Origin: an uncultured virus (IMG/VR IMGVR_UViG_3300049982_000266)
Lineage: Duplodnaviria; Heunggongvirae; Uroviricota; Caudoviricetes
DNA length: 64,000 nucleotides
Strand: one strand, 5' to 3'
IMG/VR virus record: IMGVR_UViG_3300049982_000266
Shown: one piece after another, positions 55,102 through 63,817 of the stretch
Numbering within the stretch: the stretch's first letter is position 1
Layout: the number at the start of each line of letters is the position of its first letter
Notes under the pieces: generated by a model
The model's database searches: none
What the model was told of the DNA's origin: nothing
The model's input: only the letters and a program-made list of their open reading frames with translations
Position numbers and translations under genes: made by a program

Positions 55102-55359
55102 CTAGCGGTCGATCCGTCGGATGCCCCCGGCGTCGTACACCTGGCGGGCTAGGTAGGAGTCCGTCACGCGCGCCGCTCGGGCGATCGTGGACATGGGGAC
55201 GCCGAGGTCGTGCAGGCGCTTCGCGGCCTCCGTGCGAGCCGAGCGCAGTGCCCGCAGGTACGCCTCGACCTCGCTGATCCGGCTAGCCAGGAGGTCGAGG
55301 AGAGCGCGGTCGTCGCGCGCCTCCTCGACCTCCTGGTCGAGCCGTGCGGGATCGAGCAC
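55102..55359 (-). CDS. Small HTH-like protein
   Basis: Coiled coil followed by 'LGVPMSTIARAARVT'. Confidence 0.55.
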   Translation of the reverse strand: MLDPARLDQEVEEARDDRALLDLLASRISEVEAYLRALRSARTEAAKRLHDLGVPMSTIARAARVTDSYLARQVYDAGGIRRIDR

Positions 55360-55640
55360 TACTGGCCGGTGTCGACCTGAGTGCCCTGCGGGGCAGCCTG
55401 CGCCTCGTCGGCGGGCGCCTGCTCGGGCTGCGAGCCCTCGGCGTTGAGAGCCGGGTGGGCCGCCGCGTAGTCCCGCTCGCGCTGCGCCTCGGCGAGAGCC
55501 GCGCGCGCCTCCTCGACGGCCTCGGTCGCTGCCGTCTGCTTCTGCACAGCAGCGTCGAACTTCTGCTGCGCCTTGTCCGCCGTCGCGCTCGCCCTGTCCA
55601 GGGTCTTGCGCGCGGCCTCGGTCCTGTCGCCCTTCGGCAC
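55359..55640 (-). CDS. Ala-rich coiled-coil protein
   Basis: GAGAGGA RBS, GTG 55640. Confidence 0.55.
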   Translation of the reverse strand: MPKGDRTEAARKTLDRASATADKAQQKFDAAVQKQTAATEAVEEARAALAEAQRERDYAAAHPALNAEGSQPEQAPADEAQAAPQGTQVDTGQ

Positions 55641-55712
55641 GGGTGGATCCTCTCGGGGTGGGGTGGGGTGGTGCACCGGCGGGCTCACGGCGAGCCCGCC
55701 GGGTCGTGCTGC

Positions 55713-56180
55713 CTAGAAGGGGGGCTCGTCGCTCCAGCCGCCCCCGCCGCCGCCCGAGGACGGGGTCGCCCACGGGTCGTCGACCGGCGGACCCTGCGGC
55801 TGCTGGAAGCCGCCGCGCGACGCCTTCGTCACCTTCGCGGTCGCCCACTTCAGGGACGGGCCGACCTCGTCGACCTCCATCTCCATGACGGTGCGCTTCT
55901 CGCCTTCCTTCGTCTCGTACGAGCGCTGCTTCAGCCGCCCCTGCACGATGACGGCAGCGCCCTTGCTCAGCGACTCGGCGACGTTCTCGGCCGCCTGCCG
56001 CCAGACCGAGCAGCGCATGAAGAGCGGGTCCATGTCCTTCCACTCGTTCGTCGTCTTGTCGAACATGCGCGGGGTGCTCGCGACGGTGAAGTTCGCGACC
56101 GCAGCCCCCGAGGGGGTGAAGCGCAACTCCGGGTCCGCCGTCAGGTTCCCGACGACGGTGATGATGGTGTCTCCGGCCAC
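55713..56180 (-). CDS. ssb: Single-stranded DNA-binding protein
   Basis: '[37 protein letters not shown]...[13 protein letters not shown]...DEVGPSL...DEPPF', the canonical actinomycete SSB pattern. Confidence 0.97.
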   Translation of the reverse strand: MAGDTIITVVGNLTADPELRFTPSGAAVANFTVASTPRMFDKTTNEWKDMDPLFMRCSVWRQAAENVAESLSKGAAVIVQGRLKQRSYETKEGEKRTVMEMEVDEVGPSLKWATAKVTKASRGGFQQPQGPPVDDPWATPSSGGGGGGWSDEPPF

Positions 56181-56239
56181 GTGCGTCTTCTCTCTAGTCA
56201 GAGTCCTCGCGGCGTCTTCGCCGCACCTCGGATCTTGCC

Positions 56240-56746
56240 CTACACGTCCGACGGAACGGGCTCCGGACGCGCCGTGTCGCCGGTCGACTTCTCGGCCCCC
56301 GGTTCGGATCCGAAGAGCGCCGCGCGGGCGCGCTGCTCGGCCGTGCGGTGCGTCTCGCGCGCACGGCGGACGCTGTCGCACTCCTCGGCGAAGGCGAGCG
56401 CGGCGTCGGTCGCGGCGTGCCAGGTGGTGAACCACGCCTTGCTCTGCTCCTCGAAGTCGAGCGCCCGCGCGGCCGGGCCGATCGCGACGCTGTAGCGCTG
56501 GTTGCGCTCGACGACCGACGGCAGCGACGAGTAGGACGACGGCTCGCCCTCGTCGCGCACGATCGCGAAGACGCCGCTGTAGCCGTCCCGGCCGCCGACG
56601 GTCGCCTCGCGCACGTGCCAGTGCAGCCGCAGGCGGCCGGTCTCCTCGTCGGGCAGTTCGAGCGGCCCGCGCTTGTCGTTGCTCGCGTGGTCGTTGCGGC
56701 TGCGCCGGACGCTGCTGACGGTGCCAGGGCGGGGGGTGATGGTCAT
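56240..56746 (-). CDS. Hypothetical protein
   Basis: GGAGGA RBS; ATGA coupling. Confidence 0.55.
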   Translation of the reverse strand: MTITPRPGTVSSVRRSRNDHASNDKRGPLELPDEETGRLRLHWHVREATVGGRDGYSGVFAIVRDEGEPSSYSSLPSVVERNQRYSVAIGPAARALDFEEQSKAWFTTWHAATDAALAFAEECDSVRRARETHRTAEQRARAALFGSEPGAEKSTGDTARPEPVPSDV

Positions 56747-57039
56747 CGGGTCCTCCGGGTCGGCTTGCTCGGGTCTTCCTCGGGCGGCCCCGTCCACTGC
56801 CAGACGGTGCCGGTGACGTCGATCGTCGGGTTCGCGACGGTGCGCTTCGTCGCCTTGTACGGGCCGACGAGCGGGCGCCGGTCCTCGTGCTCGATCGTGT
56901 GCGCCTCGGCGTCGCGCATGACCTTCCAGTCAGCCTCGGAGTACCAGCGGCTCGCCAGCGGGCCGCCCTCGCAGACCATGAGCGGCCCGGCCTTCAGCGC
57001 CGCTGCACGGGCGACCTGGGCCTTGTTGCGCTGCGCCAC
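56743..57039 (-). CDS. Hypothetical protein
   Basis: 98 aa, 'CEGGPL...WY'. Confidence 0.55.
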   Translation of the reverse strand: MAQRNKAQVARAAALKAGPLMVCEGGPLASRWYSEADWKVMRDAEAHTIEHEDRRPLVGPYKATKRTVANPTIDVTGTVWQWTGPPEEDPSKPTRRTR

Positions 57040-58734
57040 CTAGACGCCGCCGTCTTCGTCGGGCTCGGAGCCGTCCTCGGGGTCGGAGGGCTCGCCGACG
57101 ACGAGGTCGTCGAGCAGGTCGGCCGGGTCCTCACGCTCGCCCTCGGCGACAGCGGCGTCCAGCGCGGCCTCGTCGATCGGGTCGCCCAGCGGCTCCTCGC
57201 GGGCGGCGCCGATGAGCCGCCAGGGCTCCTCCGGCGCGAGCGGGTTGGCCGGGGGCGGGGTGCCCTGCGGGGCGATCCACACCTGCCCCTCGAAGGCGAA
57301 CTGCGCGGTCGGCCCGTCGGCCAGCGGCGGAGTCTCGACGAGGATCAGGTCGTCCTCGGTGCCGGAGCCACCGAGCAGCGTGCCGCCCTCGGTGAGCGCG
57401 ACGTGGACGTGGTCGTCGTGCGGCATCCCGACGTGCTCGGGGACCGGCGCCTCGCCCATCGCCTCGGCGGCCGTCGGGCCGTGGAGCGCGCGCTGCTCGG
57501 CCTTCGCGGCGTCACGGACGGCCTGCGGGACCCAGTCGGCGCCGGTGCCGTGCCGGTAGCGCTCCTCCATGACCGAGCGGACGACGAGCCCGATCGCCTG
57601 CGCCTGCCAGCCGTGCACGTAGGTGAGCCCGGTGCTGACGCTGTGCGTCGCGTCCTCGCCGTCGTAGTAGTCGCTGTCGAGGTTGCCCGGCGTCGGGATG
57701 CCGCCGGGGATCTCGACCTTCACGCCGTAGCGGCGCTTCTTCCGCCAGGGGGTGCGCTTCAGCCAGTGCTCGGACTCGGTCAGCGTCGCGGTCGCGCGGT
57801 AGATGCCCTCGGGCATCGGCACCAGGATCTCGGCGCTCTCAGTGGCGACCTCACGGCGCTCGTACCCGCCGCCGATCTCGCGGTTGATGTTCACGTAGAG
57901 GTGGCGCCAGTGGCCCCAGCGCGGAATCTCCTCGCCCATGACGTCGGCGACGTGGCCCTTCCAGTGGAAGACCCACTGCCCGAGCGAGTCGCGGTAGAGC
58001 CGGACGGAGGTCTCACGGCTCTCGCCGAGCCGGGGCGTCAGGTACTCCACGACGCGCGGCATGACGCCCTCCAGTCGCAGGTACGCCTTGCCGACGTAGG
58101 GCACGGCGACGTTGAGCCCGAGCCCGTTGTCGCCGTCGCCGGTGCCGATCTTCACGGTGAGGTCGAGGTCGAACTCGGGCTTGCGGTAGATCTCGGCGCT
58201 CGCCTCGATCTGGCGCACGGCCGGGGCCTCCAGCACGGCCTTGTCGACGACGCGGCCAGCGCGGTCGACGGCGACGGTGCGGCGACGGCGGCAGCGCAGG
58301 CACACCGGCCAGCCGGGCGTGCGGTCGGGGTCGATCAACGGCTGGCCGAGCACCTTGCGCCGGTGGTTCTGCTCGGCGGCCCGCTTCACAGCCTGCGCGT
58401 GCTCGCGCTCGCGCCACTGCCGCGCCTTCTCCTCGTACTCCGCCCGGTAGCCCTTCCAGGGGTCCCAGCGGCCCCACAGCGGCTTCGGCAGGGTGTACGG
58501 GTCCTCGACGTCCCAGCGACAGCCCAGCAGGGCGCAGGCGGGGTTGCGCGGCACGCGGACGGCGGCGAAGGCGCGCAGGTGGAAGCGGCGGCTACGGCCG
58601 ATGCCCGTGCGCTTCGCCTCCTGGAAGGCGTACAGGTGGACCAGGGCGCCCCGGTCGTCGTGGTCGGTGCGCAGCCACTCCCACAGGCGGGCGAGCAGGT
58701 CGAGCAGGATCGGCGGGAGCATTCGTCGCAGCAT
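57040..58734 (-). CDS. Large hypothetical protein with acidic tail
   Basis: About 564 aa; ATG 7 nt after TACGGT; no family recognised. Confidence 0.65.
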   Translation of the reverse strand: MLRRMLPPILLDLLARLWEWLRTDHDDRGALVHLYAFQEAKRTGIGRSRRFHLRAFAAVRVPRNPACALLGCRWDVEDPYTLPKPLWGRWDPWKGYRAEYEEKARQWREREHAQAVKRAAEQNHRRKVLGQPLIDPDRTPGWPVCLRCRRRRTVAVDRAGRVVDKAVLEAPAVRQIEASAEIYRKPEFDLDLTVKIGTGDGDNGLGLNVAVPYVGKAYLRLEGVMPRVVEYLTPRLGESRETSVRLYRDSLGQWVFHWKGHVADVMGEEIPRWGHWRHLYVNINREIGGGYERREVATESAEILVPMPEGIYRATATLTESEHWLKRTPWRKKRRYGVKVEIPGGIPTPGNLDSDYYDGEDATHSVSTGLTYVHGWQAQAIGLVVRSVMEERYRHGTGADWVPQAVRDAAKAEQRALHGPTAAEAMGEAPVPEHVGMPHDDHVHVALTEGGTLLGGSGTEDDLILVETPPLADGPTAQFAFEGQVWIAPQGTPPPANPLAPEEPWRLIGAAREEPLGDPIDEAALDAAVAEGEREDPADLLDDLVVGEPSDPEDGSEPDEDGGV

Positions 58735-58788
58735 GATCCGCACCGTACCGGGGTTCGAGTCTCTGGCACGGTGCGGACACGCCGAGAT

Positions 58789-59391
58789 CTACGGCCCCTC
58801 GTTCACCTTCAGCGCGGCGGGGTCGATCACCGGCACCTCGTCGTCGGGGTCCTCGTCGTAGGGCACGACGTCGGTCTCCTCGTCGTCGACCGGCTCGGCC
58901 GCGACGTCCTCGGCCGCGACGACGGCCTCGTCGCCGACCTCGACCTCGTCCTGCTGCTCGGTCGGGACCGGGATGACCGGCTGGCCGTCGAGCACGGCAC
59001 CGGCGGCGTTGCCCGTGGTGACCTGCCCTGCCTCGGCCGCCACCTTCGCCGGGTCGGCCGCCGTGATGACGCCGCCCGCCCGCTGGAGTCGGTCGGCGAT
59101 GCCCGTCGGCTTCAGCACGGTCGAGTACGTCGTCTGGCCGGTGAAGTAGCAGACCGCGATGTTGAGGATCACGTTGCCGAGGTCGAAGGTCCCTCCGGCG
59201 GCGATGATGCTCGTGAGCGCGCCGCCAACGAGGGCCAGCACGAGCAGGAGCACGCGCTGCACTTCGCTGCGCGTCACCCGCTTCGTGACGAGCCCGACGA
59301 GGATCGGCAGCACGACGCCGACGATCACGGTCAGGAGCGAGGTGTCGAGCGACACGACGGCCGTCGGCACCTCCAGGGCGAGCACGGTCAT
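58789..59391 (-). CDS. Holin (putative)
   Basis: Directly after the endolysin; three TM segments, 'VLPILVGLVTK...LKPTG', and an acidic tail. Confidence 0.8.
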   Translation of the reverse strand: MTVLALEVPTAVVSLDTSLLTVIVGVVLPILVGLVTKRVTRSEVQRVLLLVLALVGGALTSIIAAGGTFDLGNVILNIAVCYFTGQTTYSTVLKPTGIADRLQRAGGVITAADPAKVAAEAGQVTTGNAAGAVLDGQPVIPVPTEQQDEVEVGDEAVVAAEDVAAEPVDDEETDVVPYDEDPDDEVPVIDPAALKVNEGP

Positions 59392-59392
59392 G

Positions 59393-60703
59393 TCAGCGTC
59401 CGATCATCTTGGAGGCGGTGGCGGGGCCGACGACGCCGTCCCCGGTGAGTCCGTGGAGCCGCTGCCAGGCGGCCACCTTGCGCTTCGTGGCGGGGCCGAA
59501 GTAGCCGTCCTGTGCGGCGCCGACGATGCGCTGCACCTGCTTCACGTCGTTGCCCTTCGAGCCCTGGCGCAGCACGCGGCTGTACCACGTCGGCTTCGTC
59601 GGGGCCGGGGCCGGGGCCGGGACGGCGCGCAGGCGACGGGCGGTCATCGGCCCAACGATGCCGTCGGCCGCGAGCCCGGCGGTGCGCTGGAAGCCGACGA
59701 CGGCTGCGTGCGTGGCCGGACCGAAGATCCCGTCGTCCTTCAGCCCGAGCGCCCGCTGGAGCGCCTTGACGTCCGTGCCGCGCGAACCCTGGCGCAGCGT
59801 GCGCTTCCACCACGTCGGGACCGGCGGGGCGGCCGGAGCGACGGCCTCGTTGTGCGCCACGTGCGCGGCGTCGGCGGGGCTGAGCGGCTGCTGGAGGCTC
59901 GCCAGGGCGGCGAGGGTCTTCGGGCCGACGATGCCGTCGGCCTCCAGCCCCTTCGCCCGCTGGAACGCCTTGACGGCCTTGTCGGTCATCGGGCCGAAGA
60001 CGCCGTCGGCGGTGATGCCCAACTTCGCCTGAAGGTTCGCGACGGTCTGGCCGCGCGATCCGAGACGCATGTAGCCCTGCTGCGGGCTGTACGGCTCGGG
60101 AGTCGGGACCGGCACCGGCTGGCCGTCGAGGCGGGCGCGGGTCATGCCTCGCCAGTCGAGCCGGAGCGCGTGGTCGGGCTTGCGCTTGCTCCACTCGCGG
60201 TGCAGGACGATCTTCTCGGCGGGCCACCCCTGGAGGCGGCAGATCGCGGCCGACATGCGGATGATCGCGTCGATCTGCTGCGCGGTCGCCTGCTCGCCGA
60301 CGCCGTCGTTCTCGATCTCGACGCCGATGTAGTAGCCGTTGCCGCCGACGTCGTCGGTCAGCCCGCGAGCCCGCGCGTCGCCAGACGGGGCGACGCCGCG
60401 CTTCGTCTCGTCGAGCACCCGGCGTGAGCCCTTGCCCGCGTGGTTCGCGAGGTTGAGGCTGACGACGGTGATGACGCCGGAGCGGCTGACGTGCAGGTTG
60501 CACAGCGGGCCGGGCAGGTCGCTGCGGCCGTTGATGCAGATGCCGAGGGCGCCGCTGTCGCCGGAGCGAGCCGACGACGCGGTGTGGTGGAGCATGAGCC
60601 CCACGGGGGACAGGGTGCCTCGGCCTCGGGTCGCGTAGCCCGCGATGACGCGGACGTCGCAGCCCTCCGCTCGCAGGGCCGCTACAGGGTCGCGCATCGC
60701 CAC
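59393..60703 (-). CDS. Endolysin: N-acetylmuramoyl-L-alanine amidase plus three peptidoglycan-binding domains
   Basis: 'LHHTA...GRSDLPGPLCN...ANHAG.G...IGVEIEN...HREW..RK.D', then three 'LR.GS.G..V..LQ..LG...DG.FGP.T...V..FQ...GL..DG.VGP.T' repeats. Confidence 0.95.
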   Translation of the reverse strand: MAMRDPVAALRAEGCDVRVIAGYATRGRGTLSPVGLMLHHTASSARSGDSGALGICINGRSDLPGPLCNLHVSRSGVITVVSLNLANHAGKGSRRVLDETKRGVAPSGDARARGLTDDVGGNGYYIGVEIENDGVGEQATAQQIDAIIRMSAAICRLQGWPAEKIVLHREWSKRKPDHALRLDWRGMTRARLDGQPVPVPTPEPYSPQQGYMRLGSRGQTVANLQAKLGITADGVFGPMTDKAVKAFQRAKGLEADGIVGPKTLAALASLQQPLSPADAAHVAHNEAVAPAAPPVPTWWKRTLRQGSRGTDVKALQRALGLKDDGIFGPATHAAVVGFQRTAGLAADGIVGPMTARRLRAVPAPAPAPTKPTWYSRVLRQGSKGNDVKQVQRIVGAAQDGYFGPATKRKVAAWQRLHGLTGDGVVGPATASKMIGR

Positions 60704-61023
60704 AGGGGGCTCCAGGCTCGATCCGGGGGTGGACGCCTCAGCGTCGCCGGAGAGCGGGCCTAGCGTCGCGTCGAGGCTTCGCGTACAGCCTCCTCCATGA
60801 GCGCGACGACGATCGGCAGCAGGTCGCAGGCGGCGCAGTCGGCCGGTGGGCGCCGAGCGTGGGCGAGGTAGGCGTGCAGGCGGGCGAGGACGTCGGTGGG
60901 CTCCATGCCCTCCCTAGACGTCGGACCTCGGCGGCTTGTCCGGTCGCAGACCGAGCGCGAGCCACGAGAGGGAGCCGAGTACCCACGCGCCAGCCCCCAG
61001 CAGGGCGGCACGCAGGTTCGGGC

Positions 61024-61323
61024 TCATCGCGTGCGGTATGCCGGAGGGCGCCAGTCGACCTTCATGCTCGCGAGCACGTAGGCGGTTGTCATGGCGAAGG
61101 CGGCGAAGGCGAGCGGCGTGCGCCAGGTGAAGGTGTCGTCGTGCACGTGCTCCAGGACCCCTGCTGCGACAAGGAACAGCAGCGCGGCGTGCGACAGGAG
61201 CCCGAGCATCCGGGCACGCTCGTGGCGGCCGATCCAGGCGATGCGCAGCAGGAAAAGCGCGAGCAGGAAGCCGCAGCCGCCCACGACGAGCCGCAGCAGG
61301 TCGAGCGTCGTCCAGCCGTCCAT
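61024..61323 (-). CDS. Membrane protein, paralog 3 of 3
   Basis: 'LDLLRLV...LEH...TWRTPL'. Confidence 0.7.
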   Translation of the reverse strand: MDGWTTLDLLRLVVGGCGFLLALFLLRIAWIGRHERARMLGLLSHAALLFLVAAGVLEHVHDDTFTWRTPLAFAAFAMTTAYVLASMKVDWRPPAYRTR

Positions 61324-61338
61324 GCCGACAGGGTGCCC

Positions 61339-61566
61339 CTACGCGGGGCTTGCGTCACTCCGAGGGCGCACGGAGATCTCGTAGCGGCTCGGGATCCCCG
61401 GCAGGCGGCGCGACGTGAGCCGGTGGCCGTCGGCGGCGGCTCGCTTGCGCAGGCAGTCGATCGTGGCGCCGAGGGCGGTCTCGCGCCGGTGGTTCGGGAC
61501 CACGACGGTCCCGGCTTCCTTCAGGCGGGCGTATGCCTCGTCGGCTCGCGCTGTGCTTCGGGCCAT
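61339..61566 (-). CDS. Small basic hypothetical protein
   Basis: 75 aa; ATG 6 nt after TACTGT. Confidence 0.45.
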   Translation of the reverse strand: MARSTARADEAYARLKEAGTVVVPNHRRETALGATIDCLRKRAAADGHRLTSRRLPGIPSRYEISVRPRSDASPA

Positions 61567-61876
61567 GCACCCACAGTAGGCGGCGAGGGGGCTAGATGCC
61601 GCCCGAGCCGCCGAGCACGGCGGCGATCGCCGCTCCCACGCTGCTGACGGTGGCGAGCCCCAGCGCGGCCTCGCGGCGGCGCATCGGCAGCCGTGGGGCT
61701 CGCAGCATGACGTCGGGGAGCCGGTGCCAGGGGGCGGCCGGGATGGCTGCTCCGGCGGGGCTCTGCTGCCATGATCGGTCGATGGCCGTGTTCAACGGGG
61801 GCGCCTCTCGGGGGGTCGAGTGCGTGCTCGGGCAAATGTGACAGGTCGGCAACGATCCGTCTACCCGCCGTGGGCT

Positions 61877-62125
61877 TCAGACCACCATCGTCGGCAGGAT
61901 CGCCGCGACGGCCTCCCGGCGGCTGCGGCACCACGACGAGGACTGGCCCCACGGCCCGGCCGCGCGCCAGTAGCCTCCCCGGCGCAGCGAGACCTCGCCG
62001 ATGACCTGCGGCTCGTTCATGTCGGGCCAGACCTGCGTGACGCGGTAGGTCTTCACGCCGCTCGTGGCGCCGTCGTCCAGGGTCTCGTAGCGGACCTTGC
62101 CGGGGCCGGTCTCTGTGGTGGTCAC
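61877..62125 (-). CDS. Hypothetical protein
   Basis: GGAGG RBS; GTGA coupling. Confidence 0.5.
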   Translation of the reverse strand: MTTTETGPGKVRYETLDDGATSGVKTYRVTQVWPDMNEPQVIGEVSLRRGGYWRAAGPWGQSSSWCRSRREAVAAILPTMVV

Positions 62126-62310
62126 GCTGCCTCCAGGGTGGCGAGGTCGACGCCGAGCGCGGCGACCTGTGCGGGGGTGGTGGGCTCGGGGGCGCCGAAC
62201 GAGCCGTGCAGGAGCACACCGTTCGCGGCCCGGACGACGAAGACGGTGCGCGCCGGGCAGGAGTAGGTGACCTGCTCGACGGTGTTGCCGAGGGCGTCGC
62301 GCATCTTCAC
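62122..62310 (-). CDS. Small hypothetical protein
   Basis: Coupled at both ends. Confidence 0.45.
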   Translation of the reverse strand: MKMRDALGNTVEQVTYSCPARTVFVVRAANGVLLHGSFGAPEPTTPAQVAALGVDLATLEAA

Positions 62311-62483
62311 ACCGCACGCTCGCTGAGGTAGTAGTCCGAGAGCCCCTGGCCGTCGGCCGGGCAGATGACCTCGTAGACCATGCCGCTGCCGTGGCGGGCG
62401 GGGTGGCTGAGGGTGCCGGGGTGGCGGTCGCCGCACTCGTCGCAGATGACCGTGATGGTCTCGGGGTGGCTGGTCATCGTCAT
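62307..62483 (-). CDS. Small CxxC protein (58 aa)
   Basis: ATG 6 nt after TGTGGTACGGT; 'ICDECGDRH...VICP'. Confidence 0.5.
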   Translation of the reverse strand: MTMTSHPETITVICDECGDRHPGTLSHPARHGSGMVYEVICPADGQGLSDYYLSERAV

Positions 62484-62513
62484 GCGGCAACCGTACCACA
62501 GCCGTACACCGGC

Positions 62514-62927
62514 TTAGCGGACCGGACCGACGTACTCGAAGCGCGGGACGTAGCCGTCCTCCCGGACCATCCTCGTGCCGAGGCGGTCGACCTGTGCCGC
62601 CGTCATCGTCAGGCGCTCCGGGTGAGCCGGGTGCAGCCACGCCTCGAAGTCCTCACGGGTGCGCACCGCCAGCGCAGGGCCGCTCTTCGCCCCGTCCTGC
62701 TGGAGCGCCACGTAGACCACGACCTCGCGCTCGCCGACCTGCTCGAAATCGAAGCGGAAGCCGCCGTCCGCCATCTCGGAGGTGCGCGAGGTCGGCACGT
62801 ACAGCCGCTCGGCGTTCGCGTCGTGCGCGAGCCCGAGCACGAGGTAGATCGGCCCCTTGTAGTGGCGGTAGATGCCCGCGAGCACCTGACCCTTCACCTG
62901 CGGCCCGAGGGCGTCTTCAGCGGTCAC
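62514..62927 (-). CDS. DUF1653 family protein
   Basis: 'GIYRHYKG..YLVLGLAH...E..VVY.AL...VR...F...PRFEY'. Confidence 0.85.
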   Translation of the reverse strand: MTAEDALGPQVKGQVLAGIYRHYKGPIYLVLGLAHDANAERLYVPTSRTSEMADGGFRFDFEQVGEREVVVYVALQQDGAKSGPALAVRTREDFEAWLHPAHPERLTMTAAQVDRLGTRMVREDGYVPRFEYVGPVR

Positions 62928-63092
62928 GGGCTTCCTCCGGGGTGATCGAGACGATCGAGTAGTGCACGGGGTTCTCCTGCCAGCCGCCGGTCAGCAGCGG
63001 GGCCGAGGGCTCGTAGTTGTAGTCCTCGCGCAGCGTCTCGGCGTCGGCGGCGCTCATCCGCAGCACGACGAGCACCGAGGGCTCCGGGGACG

Positions 63093-63611
63093 TCACGCGG
63101 GCTCGTGCTGCGGGCCGAGCACGACGTCGGCGTCCAGGGTCAGCAGGTCGTTCGGGGCGTAGCGCCAGCCCTGCGCCGTCAGCGGGTCGCGGAAGGTGAC
63201 GATGAGCCCCTTCGCGGCCCAGCCGAAGCGCTCGGCGGCCCGGTGCCAGCCCTGCACGAGCGCGCGGCCCTTCGCGTTGTAGACCCAGCCGCCCTCCCGA
63301 GCGACGAGCCCGCGAGCGTTGCCGACACGCTTCGCGGCAGCGCCGATGCTCCCGGCGCCGCGCACCCGTCCGACGAAGAGCAGCCCGAGCGTGCCGGACT
63401 CCTCGGCGCCGGTCCAGCGCGGGTCGGTGTCGGCCGTCGAGCGCACGACGAGCGCGTCTACGCGGGGCAGGCGACCGGCGAGCCGGGCATCGTCGAGGAC
63501 ACGGTGGACGGCGAGCATCTGCCGGTAGGTGCCGGTCAGGCTCTCGTGCTTCATCCAGCGGCCGTCGCTGGCCCGGCGCCACAGGACGCGGTGGGGAGCC
63601 TCGGCGATCAT
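63093..63611 (-). CDS. Hypothetical protein
   Basis: ATGA-type coupling; coding-like composition. Confidence 0.5.
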   Translation of the reverse strand: MIAEAPHRVLWRRASDGRWMKHESLTGTYRQMLAVHRVLDDARLAGRLPRVDALVVRSTADTDPRWTGAEESGTLGLLFVGRVRGAGSIGAAAKRVGNARGLVAREGGWVYNAKGRALVQGWHRAAERFGWAAKGLIVTFRDPLTAQGWRYAPNDLLTLDADVVLGPQHEPA

Positions 63612-63779
63612 GCCTCGACCTCGAAGGTGTAGCGCGGCGCCGGTGCCGTCGGTGCGGTTCGCGCCGTAGGACAGCGCCGGGTCTCGCTCATGCGGTGCTC
63701 CTGGAGGTTGGGGCTCCGGGTTCGCTCCCCGCTGCCGTGAGAGCACCGTACACTGGCTTAGCGATGCTGGCAAACGAGC

Positions 63780-63803
63780 GGCCCGGAGGGAGTCCTCCGG
63801 GCC
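63780..63803 (-). terminator. Hairpin downstream of HTH gene
   Basis: GGCCCGGAGG-GAGT-CCTCCGGGCC perfect stem. Confidence 0.65.
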
Positions 63804-63817
63804 GTCGCCTGCTCGAC

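Larger units (their letters stand above)
8552..61356 (-). promoter_or_regulatory. Class-B repeated motif GACGYWAG-N13/14-nAnnnT (about 15 dispersed copies)
   Basis: Copies at about 8552, 9266, 10150, 14761, 16767, 17393 (weak), 20123, 22364, 28512, 36029, 38976, 41491, 48750, 60740 and 61330, mostly upstream of virion, packaging and lysis genes. Confidence 0.75.
17715..63762 (-). promoter_or_regulatory. Class-A repeated motif GCTAAGCCGGTGTACGGT (12 dispersed copies)
   Basis: Copies at about 17715, 28955, 36289, 42930, 43235, 44310, 47516, 48134, 50486, 51782, 62501 and 63745, all at gene boundaries upstream of minus-strand genes. Confidence 0.8.
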
